DNA of 42,541 nucleotides from a virus (Duplodnaviria; Heunggongvirae; Uroviricota; Caudoviricetes): IMG/VR virus record IMGVR_UViG_2529293215_000009; one strand, 5' to 3'. Shown piece by piece: positions 36,623 to 42,541 of this stretch (position 1 is its first letter; each line of letters starts with the position of its first letter). The notes under the pieces were generated by a model. It saw only the letters and a program-made list of their open reading frames with translations, ran no database searches and was not told where the DNA came from. The position numbers and the translations under genes were made by a program.

Positions 36623-38662
36623 ATGACGTCCAAATGGGTTCAACTATCATCAATGCCCGGAAACTTTACTGTTAAAGTTTCCGGTGGTACAGCGGCATTT
36701 CTTGAGGCTCCCTTTCCTCCGGCCGAAACAAAAGGAGGAATGACATTTGCTGACTGTCTCATCAGTTTTAATACACGGGATTGCCTGTGGGTAAGGCCAG
36801 TATCCGGTGATCCGAGTGTGGAAATTACCGGAGCGGGTATTGGTGCGGTCATTCCGTTAAGTGCTGATGTTGCCGGTACTGCTGAACCGTCAGACTGGGA
36901 TAATGCTGAAACACATACCCGTCCGTCAGGAAATGAAACTGCTTCCAGCTCCCCTTCCTGGTATTACGTGGTGGTTCTTGCTGGTCAGTCAAACGGTATG
37001 GCTTACGGTGAAGGTCTGCCACTGCCGGAGACATATGACCGCCCCGAACCGCGTATTATGCAGTTAGCCCGTCGCAGTACAGTCACGCCGGGAGGTAAAG
37101 CCTGTCAGTATAACGACATCATTCTGGCCGACCACTGTCTGCATGATGTGCAGGATATGAGTGGAAAAAATCACCCGAAAGCGGATGTGGCTAAAGGGCA
37201 ATATGGCACCGTGGGTCAGGGGCTTCACATTGCCAAAAAACTGCTGCCGTTTATTCCGGCAGATGCGGGGATTCTGCTGGTTCCCTGCTGCCGTGGTGGT
37301 TCTGCATTCACGGCGGGTGCTGACGGCACGTACAGTGACAGCACGGGTGCTTCAGAGGACTCAGCCCGCTGGGGTGTGGATAAGCCGCTGTATAAGGACT
37401 TAATCAGCCGGACAAAAGCGGCACTGGCGAAGAACCCGAAAAACCGCCTGCTTGCTGTGGTGTGGATGCAGGGCGAGTTTGATATTGATGCGAAGCCGAC
37501 GGAGCATTCCGCGCTGTTTCTGGCGATGGTGGAAAAATTCCGCGCAGACCTGGCTGAACAGGCGGAACAGTGTACCGGTGGCAGTGCTGCTGGCGTTCCG
37601 TGGATTTGTGGCGATACCACGTATTTCTGGAAACAGAAAAATGAACCGGCATACCAGGCAATCTATGGCGGCTACAAAAACAAAACAGATAAAAACATTC
37701 ATTTCGTTCCATTAATGACAGATGAAAATGACGCGAATGTACCCACCAACAATCCGGCAGAAGACCCGGATATTGAATCCATTGGTTATTACGGCTCAAC
37801 GTGGCGTAACAGTGCCGCCACCTGGACATCTGCGGACCGGGCCAGCCATTTCAGTTCATGGGCACGTCGTGGGATTATTTCCGACCGTCTGGCCACGGCA
37901 GTTCTGACTCATGCGGGGCGAACCACAGTAAAAGCCGATGTTCCATCTTCTGAAACTGAAGCACCAGTGCCGTCACCTTCAGAAACTGAAGCAGTAACCA
38001 CAACACTGCTGTCTTATCGTGTCAGTGAGTCAGAAGGAAATCTGAAAGCCCAGGGCTGGGAGCCGGCTGGCGGTAAAGCTGAAATTATCAGTGATGCAGG
38101 AGGCACAGGTGGTAAGGCAATGAAACTGACCAAGGAAACAGGTAAATCATCTTGGTATCTGGATCATGATGCCGGTACTGGTGCTGAACTGCTGAAAAAT
38201 GGTGGTTTAATCAGTTGTCGTTTTAAAGTACCTGGCGACCTGGTGGCAAACCAGTATGTCATGGGGCTTTACTGGCCGGTTTCCTCTCTGCCGCAGGGTG
38301 TCACCCTGACAGGGGATGCAGGGAATAATCTGCTGGCATCGTTCTACATCCAGACAGACGCAAAAGACCTGAATGTGATGTACCACAATGCAAAAGTGGC
38401 AACAAATAACCAGAAACTGGGAACCTTTGGTGCATTTGATAATGAATGGCATACGCTGGCCTTCCGTTTTGCAGGAAATAACAGCCTTCAGGTTATTCCG
38501 GTTATTGATGGTCAGGATGGTGCCGCGTTTACCCTGACGCAGTCACCAGTAGGAACTTTCCCGGTGGACAAACTCCGCGTAACGGATATCACAAAAAATG
38601 CAACTTACCCGGTGCTGATTGACAGCATTGTGGTGGAAGTGAAAAAAGCGGTAACAGAATAA
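36623..38662 (+). CDS. SGNH-hydrolase / sialate-O-acetylesterase-like protein (NanS-like) with C-terminal carbohydrate-binding-like domain
   Basis: 679 aa; VVLAGQSNGMAYGEG (GQSN block), VVWMQGEFD, ASHFSSWARRG resemble NanS/DUF303-type esterases; Ser/Thr/Pro/Glu linker then about 230 aa C-terminal domain. Confidence 0.6.
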   Translation: MTSKWVQLSSMPGNFTVKVSGGTAAFLEAPFPPAETKGGMTFADCLISFNTRDCLWVRPVSGDPSVEITGAGIGAVIPLSADVAGTAEPSDWDNAETHTRPSGNETASSSPSWYYVVVLAGQSNGMAYGEGLPLPETYDRPEPRIMQLARRSTVTPGGKACQYNDIILADHCLHDVQDMSGKNHPKADVAKGQYGTVGQGLHIAKKLLPFIPADAGILLVPCCRGGSAFTAGADGTYSDSTGASEDSARWGVDKPLYKDLISRTKAALAKNPKNRLLAVVWMQGEFDIDAKPTEHSALFLAMVEKFRADLAEQAEQCTGGSAAGVPWICGDTTYFWKQKNEPAYQAIYGGYKNKTDKNIHFVPLMTDENDANVPTNNPAEDPDIESIGYYGSTWRNSAATWTSADRASHFSSWARRGIISDRLATAVLTHAGRTTVKADVPSSETEAPVPSPSETEAVTTTLLSYRVSESEGNLKAQGWEPAGGKAEIISDAGGTGGKAMKLTKETGKSSWYLDHDAGTGAELLKNGGLISCRFKVPGDLVANQYVMGLYWPVSSLPQGVTLTGDAGNNLLASFYIQTDAKDLNVMYHNAKVATNNQKLGTFGAFDNEWHTLAFRFAGNNSLQVIPVIDGQDGAAFTLTQSPVGTFPVDKLRVTDITKNATYPVLIDSIVVEVKKAVTE

Positions 38663-38808
38663 AAAAATCCCGCCGGTCATGATATGGCTGGCGGGAGCTA
38701 CCTAACCCATAAAGGAAAATAAAAATACTCCCGAAGGAGTGGTTATCAGTCGCTTCGATGTTTTTACCCGATAACGAATTATGTAGTCAATATCAAAGGT
38801 AAGGTTAT

Positions 38809-38991
38809 ATGACATTCGTTCATACAATGCTGCTTTATTTCTGCGCTGTGGTCAGTGCGTTATATCTGGTGAGCGGTGGTTATAAGGTCATCAGAAATTA
38901 TATTCGCCGTAAAATTGATGATGCGGCAGCTGAAAAACTCAGTAAAACAGCACAGGCACCGTCATCCCCAAACGACCCGACCCCGCTCTGA
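38809..38991 (+). CDS. hypothetical small membrane protein
   Basis: 60 aa; N-terminal TM LLYFCAVVSALYLVSGG. Confidence 0.35.
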   Translation: MTFVHTMLLYFCAVVSALYLVSGGYKVIRNYIRRKIDDAAAEKLSKTAQAPSSPNDPTPL

Positions 38992-39026
38992 TAACGGGGC
39001 AATATACCTGCAAAAGGAGAATATTC

Positions 39027-39272
39027 ATGCCAGAGATTAAAGGCACGGTTACTGAAGAGCTTGTCAAACAGGCACTTTATTCTGAAGAAGTGAACCGCGT
39101 GCTGAAGGCGCAGGTTCGCAAGGATTTTGAGGCACAAATCGACGCATATGTTGATGAAGTGCTGGCCCGAATGGTTGGCCGTTCTCCGGCTGAAAACAGC
39201 ACGGAAAATGATCCTCAACCCGTAGAGCAACCAGAGCCGGTTCAGCCCGGAACTGACGGTACTATGATGTAA
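39027..39272 (+). CDS. hypothetical small acidic protein
   Basis: 81 aa ORF preceded by AAGGAGA. Confidence 0.4.
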   Translation: MPEIKGTVTEELVKQALYSEEVNRVLKAQVRKDFEAQIDAYVDEVLARMVGRSPAENSTENDPQPVEQPEPVQPGTDGTMM

Positions 39273-39590
39273 CAATACCGACCGGCAGGTTTCCCTGCCG
39301 GGTGAGTTTGTTAATGCACGTTTTGTGTATTTTCCCTCCTGGGAGAACAGGCAGGACATATCAGCATCCTGAAACAGGAAGCATTTTTGGGTTTGTATGT
39401 CTTGCCATTTTGAGATCGAGAACGGCGATAGATGAGCTGTAAGGGAGTCTTACAGGCAGGGCAAACAGGCTCTTTCATCCATGATAAAGATCTCCTTTTT
39501 ATGCATCTCTGCTTTACAGGAGACCGGGGAATATCATAGGATACGCCACGAGCTCGAAGTAAAGCATTGATGCAAGTTTTTACAGATTGA

Positions 39591-39616
39591 CCCAGCATAG
39601 TTCCAGCTATGCTGGG
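39591..39616 (+). terminator. intrinsic terminator (10-bp perfect stem)
   Basis: CCCAGCATAG ttccag CTATGCTGGG followed by TTTCACTTTTAT. Confidence 0.6.
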
Positions 39617-39668
39617 TTTCACTTTTATGTAGTATCCTGTTGATTTGAAACATACTACATATACGCGT

Positions 39669-39842
39669 GATCCTACCTTCACTGTATAAAAAGTCAATAA
39701 AATGATCATTTTATGATCGTTTTCACCACCTAACTCTTCGTTTTCTTTAAGTAAATAATCACCTCCCTGAATCATTGTTGATGACTTTTCAATCTATTTG
39801 TTGTATCAATTAAACAAATCGAATCGATCGTTTTTGTCGATC
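39669..39842 (+). promoter_or_regulatory. putative com-mom control region with clustered Dam (GATC) sites
   Basis: GATC at 39669, 39704, 39715 and, within duplicated TCGATCG octamers, at 39826 and 39839; all within 50-220 bp upstream of com. Confidence 0.5.
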
Positions 39843-39889
39843 GATTGCATGAGAAAGGCATCAACAACAAAGCAGGAGGTTATGCGGTC

Positions 39890-40090
39890 ATGTATCGAAA
39901 CATACGGTGCCGACACTGCAATAAGCTACTGGCACGGGCCAGTTTCAGTTATCTGGAAGTAAAATGTCCGCGCTGTAAAACCCTCAATCAAATCACATCT
40001 CCGAGCGCCACAGAGCACCCCACATACACAAGGAAATCCTGTCGTGGGGAACAGAAAGCAAGTCACATCCCGAATCATCAGCACGCCTGA
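39890..40090 (+). CDS. com: Com translational activator of mom (zinc finger)
   Basis: ORF 39845..40090, ATG at 39890; [26 protein letters not shown]...EHPT matches Mu Com IRCKNCNKLLFKADSFDHIEIRCPRCK...EHPT. Confidence 0.85.
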   Translation: MYRNIRCRHCNKLLARASFSYLEVKCPRCKTLNQITSPSATEHPTYTRKSCRGEQKASHIPNHQHA

Positions 40091-40781
40091 ACTTATTCGC
40101 TATAACGACAATATCGTTGGTTATGGCTCCCGTGAGTTGCGGGTTGAGACAATAAGTTGCTGGCTGGCCAGACTGGTCATCGTCAATAAACATTACAGCC
40201 ACCGTTTCGTAAATAACTCCTACCTTCATCTGGGCATATTTTCAGAACGGGAACTTGTTGGCGTAATGCAATGGGGTTACGCCCTTAACCCAAACAGTGG
40301 TGCACGCGTCGTAACGGGTACGCAGAACCGAGAATATATGGAGCTTAACCGGCTATGGCTGCATGACTGTATGCCGAGAAACTCCGAATCAAGGGCAATC
40401 AGTTACGCGCTCAAGCTAATCAGGCAGCTTTATCCGCAGGTACAGTGGGTTCAGTCGTTTGCAGATGAGCGTTGTGGCTGTCTTGGTGTCGTGTATCAGG
40501 CAAGCAATTTTGATTATGTAGGCAGCCATGAATCAATATTCTATGAACTTGATGGCGAGTGGTATCACGAGATTTGCAGGAATGCCATTAAACGAGGCGG
40601 ACAACGAGGTGAACATCTGAGGGCTAATATTGACAGAGCCAGTGTTCATAAGTTCCGACAGTTTCGTTACATCCGGTTTCTGAACAAGAGGGCCAGAAAA
40701 CGCCTCAACACAAAGCTATTCAAAGTCCAGCCTTACCCAAAACCACAAACAGTTAAAACTGGTTTGAAAGAGAGTGAATGA
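40044..40781 (+). CDS. mom: Mom-like DNA modification protein
   Basis: 245 aa ORF overlapping the 3' end of com as in Mu; last gene before right end; GTG start uncertain. Confidence 0.7.
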   Translation: MGNRKQVTSRIISTPELIRYNDNIVGYGSRELRVETISCWLARLVIVNKHYSHRFVNNSYLHLGIFSERELVGVMQWGYALNPNSGARVVTGTQNREYMELNRLWLHDCMPRNSESRAISYALKLIRQLYPQVQWVQSFADERCGCLGVVYQASNFDYVGSHESIFYELDGEWYHEICRNAIKRGGQRGEHLRANIDRASVHKFRQFRYIRFLNKRARKRLNTKLFKVQPYPKPQTVKTGLKESE

Positions 40782-40826
40782 GCGCTTAAAAACTCATTCT
40801 AAAACTCAAAAGAAAAGCGCCGATTT

Positions 40827-40908
40827 AGTATCAAATAAGTTGCGTATCGGCGTTTTTCAGCGGTATCAAATGAAATGCAAATCGGTATCAAAAAAATCGC
40901 CGCGCTAT
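40827..40908 (+). repeat. right end (attR-like) with three inverted copies of the terminal motif
   Basis: AGTATCAAA at 40827..40835, GGTATCAAA at 40862..40870 and 40884..40892; outermost copy extends to AAATCGGTATCAAA, inverse of left TTTGATACCGATT. Confidence 0.55.
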
Positions 40909-40913
40909 ACGCC
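40909..40913. repeat. candidate 5-bp target-site duplication (ACGCC), right copy
   Basis: ACGCC identical to 1685..1689. Confidence 0.45.
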
Positions 40914-40979
40914 GGCCTGGCACTTCTTGGTTATTTCTACATTATGTTCTGCAGCGGACGATGGCTGTCACTGTTGTTC

Positions 40980-41186
40980 ATGAAAAAATGGAATAAACGC
41001 CGTAAGCAGGAGCAACGCCAGAAGGCAATGGATGCATTTTTCGAAGCCTTCGGAATTGACGGCATGGAACCAGGGGATCCAGCTCGCGCAATCAGCAGAG
41101 GGGGTGTAGTAATCCTTGTATATCGGAGTGAAGAGAAAAATGACGATCACAAAACAACGTGTAGAAGAAATCATATCCCGCATTGA
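40980..41186 (+). CDS. hypothetical small protein (distal part of ORF apparently split by the insertion)
   Basis: ORF 40875..41186; joining 1675..1689 to 40914 onward gives in-frame MALNAGLALLGYFYIMFCSGRWLSLLFMKKWNKRRK...; first ATG wholly outside element at 40980. Confidence 0.35.
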   Translation: MKKWNKRRKQEQRQKAMDAFFEAFGIDGMEPGDPARAISRGGVVILVYRSEEKNDDHKTTCRRNHIPH

Positions 41187-41457
41187 AATGTATGGACATG
41201 GTGCAGGGTATATCGCAGACGAGGTTAATGATCTGGCTATACTGGCGCTGAATTTATCAAATATCGCGAACCTGAAGCGATACGAGCTTGATATGGGAGG
41301 TTGCGACTCGTGCGGTCAGGATTGTGGCGCTGATATGACTGAAGATCCTGATGGTGATTATGTCCTGTTTGATGACGTGGTTAAGTTGTTTGAATTTGAT
41401 ACAACCACTCAAAAGTTAGAAATCCCGGCAAAGGAGGCAGCCAGTGGGCAAGATTGA
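41140..41457 (+). CDS. hypothetical protein (flanking prophage-like DNA)
   Basis: ORF 41116..41457; ATG at 41140 (MTITKQRVEEI...). Confidence 0.35.
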   Translation: MTITKQRVEEIISRIEMYGHGAGYIADEVNDLAILALNLSNIANLKRYELDMGGCDSCGQDCGADMTEDPDGDYVLFDDVVKLFEFDTTTQKLEIPAKEAASGQD

Positions 41458-41881
41458 CTATCAGGCACTGCGTGAGGCAGCACAAAACTATCAATCGACG
41501 CTGGCGTGGTATCAGGCTACCCCGGACAGCCCAAATGCTGAACGGGATTGTGATGCGGCTCTTGCTGCGTTTAAGCGTCACATCCGTCATCGGGAAGCGG
41601 ATATTATCGCTGATTTGCTGGATGGACTGGAAGAAGCAAAATCACAACTCAACGAGCAGCGTGAGTATTACGAAGGCGTTATCTCTGATGGGAGCAAGCG
41701 TATTGCTGAACTGGAAGCGCGGGAAGTTCAATTACCGACTCGCTACGACCTTCGATATGGACACCCGATAAATGCAGATGAGCGACATGTCATGATACCT
41801 AAAGAAAATGGCAGTTGGCTTTACCTGATTGACCTAGAACACGCATTACGCGTCGCTGGCATTCGCATCAAAGGAGAGTGA
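41444..41881 (+). CDS. hypothetical protein, lambdoid ea/ead-region-like
   Basis: 145 aa, GTG start overlapping upstream ORF; coiled-coil-like middle. Confidence 0.4.
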   Translation: MGKIDYQALREAAQNYQSTLAWYQATPDSPNAERDCDAALAAFKRHIRHREADIIADLLDGLEEAKSQLNEQREYYEGVISDGSKRIAELEAREVQLPTRYDLRYGHPINADERHVMIPKENGSWLYLIDLEHALRVAGIRIKGE

Positions 41882-41882
41882 G

Positions 41883-42074
41883 ATGAACGGACAAATATCA
41901 ATTGTTCGACCAGGAGCATGTGACGATCGCGAAATACGAATGATTATTCGTCTGGCGATGGGGAAAACAATAACTGCTCTCATTACTCCAGAAAATCTCG
42001 CATTAGCATTAACAGGAAAGTCAGACATGCCAGTAGAGCTAAAGCTGCGAAATGTTGAGATTAAGGTGAAATAG
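41883..42074 (+). CDS. hypothetical small protein
   Basis: 63 aa ORF. Confidence 0.3.
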   Translation: MNGQISIVRPGACDDREIRMIIRLAMGKTITALITPENLALALTGKSDMPVELKLRNVEIKVK

Positions 42075-42076
42075 CT

Positions 42077-42541
42077 ATGACCACTATTACCAAAGATCGA
42101 CTGCTGACAATCCAGCATTGGCGCGAAACATACGGACCGGGTAGCAACGTTGTGCTTCCAGCAGAAGAAGCGGAAGAGCTGGCACGGATTGCGCTGGCAT
42201 CACTGGCAGCAGTATCGGATGAACGAGCAGCCTATGAATTATTTATGGAGAAGCGTTTCGGAGAATCTGTAGATCGCCGCAGAGCAAAAAATGGCGATAG
42301 AGATTACATGGTATGGGATATGGCGCTTGGCTGGATTATCTGGTGTCACCGCGCCGCCATGCTTCAGGCTGGAAACTTTCGGGAAAATAAGGGTTCGTCA
42401 ACCAATAATTTTCGGGAAATCTCGGAAACGTCAACCAACTATCCGGTAACTCCGGATGGTTGGATAAGCTGTAGTGAGCGAATGCCGGATGATGGTCAGC
42501 ACGTAATTATTTTATGTGATGGCGCATTCGTTCTTTATGCG
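42077..42541 (+). CDS. hypothetical protein, 3'-partial, DUF551-like C-terminal motif
   Basis: ATG at 42077; open to window end (155 codons, no stop); TPDGWISCSERMPDDGQHVIILCDG resembles DUF551 proteins of lambdoid prophages. Confidence 0.45.
   Translation, partial: MTTITKDRLLTIQHWRETYGPGSNVVLPAEEAEELARIALASLAAVSDERAAYELFMEKRFGESVDRRRAKNGDRDYMVWDMALGWIIWCHRAAMLQAGNFRENKGSSTNNFREISETSTNYPVTPDGWISCSERMPDDGQHVIILCDGAFVLYA

Larger units (their letters stand above)
1690..40908 (+). mobile_element. Mu-like transposable prophage (complete gene complement)
   Basis: Mu synteny c-ner-A-B-gam-gemA-mor-lys-terminase-portal-F-G-I-T-tail-S-invertible segment-gin-com-mom; inverted terminal motif repeats; 5-bp flanking direct repeat. 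Confidence 0.75.

Noticed and set aside
39311-39775. 154-aa minus-strand ORF spanning the region between the cargo module and com
   Set aside because: Its 5' two-thirds overlaps the plus-strand terminator, the perfect palindrome and the GATC cluster in AT-rich DNA; only the distal 55 codons (zinc-ribbon-like) are kept as a low-confidence finding.
40778-40803. Hairpin GAATGAG cgcttaaaaa CTCATTC at the mom stop as a terminator
   Set aside because: 7-bp AT-rich stem with a 10-nt loop and no downstream U-tract; too weak to call.
40862-40879. Alternative right terminus GGTATCAAATGAAATGCA, ending in CA and resembling the inverse of left TGAATCATTTGATACC at 1700
   Set aside because: Flanking pentamers for this pair (CCAGG versus AATCG) do not match, and another copy of the terminal motif lies outside it; the 1690/40908 pair has matching ACGCC flanks and restores an ORF. 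Kept as an open alternative.
1-42541. Search for CRISPR arrays, rRNA or tRNA genes
   Set aside because: No regularly spaced direct repeats with unique spacers and no rRNA-like or cloverleaf-capable sequence were seen; the only tandem repeat is the in-frame (GCCGAA)6 microsatellite.

Overview
The window is dominated by a complete Mu-like transposable prophage of about 39.2 kb (roughly 1690..40908), nested inside lambdoid-prophage-like DNA. Gene order on the + strand follows Mu: repressor c (minus strand), operators, ner, transposase A, B, an accessory early operon of small unknown ORFs with gam and gemA, an intrinsic terminator, a single Mor/C-family activator, the lysis cassette (SAR endolysin, overlapping spanins), terminase, portal, F, G, protease/scaffold I, capsid T, tail sheath, tube, chaperone, tape measure, baseplate genes and tail fibre S. 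The fibre is followed by a 1.38 kb Gin-invertible segment bounded by gix-like sites, gin, a 3 kb cargo insertion encoding an SGNH/NanS-like O-acetylesterase, and com-mom. Both ends carry three inverted copies of a TTTGATAC(C) motif and are flanked by a 5-bp direct repeat ACGCC; removing the element rejoins a flanking ORF in frame. All calls rest on reading the translated ORFs and the DNA by eye and on recalled family knowledge; no database search was run, and starts and boundaries are approximate. No rRNA, tRNA or CRISPR array was seen.
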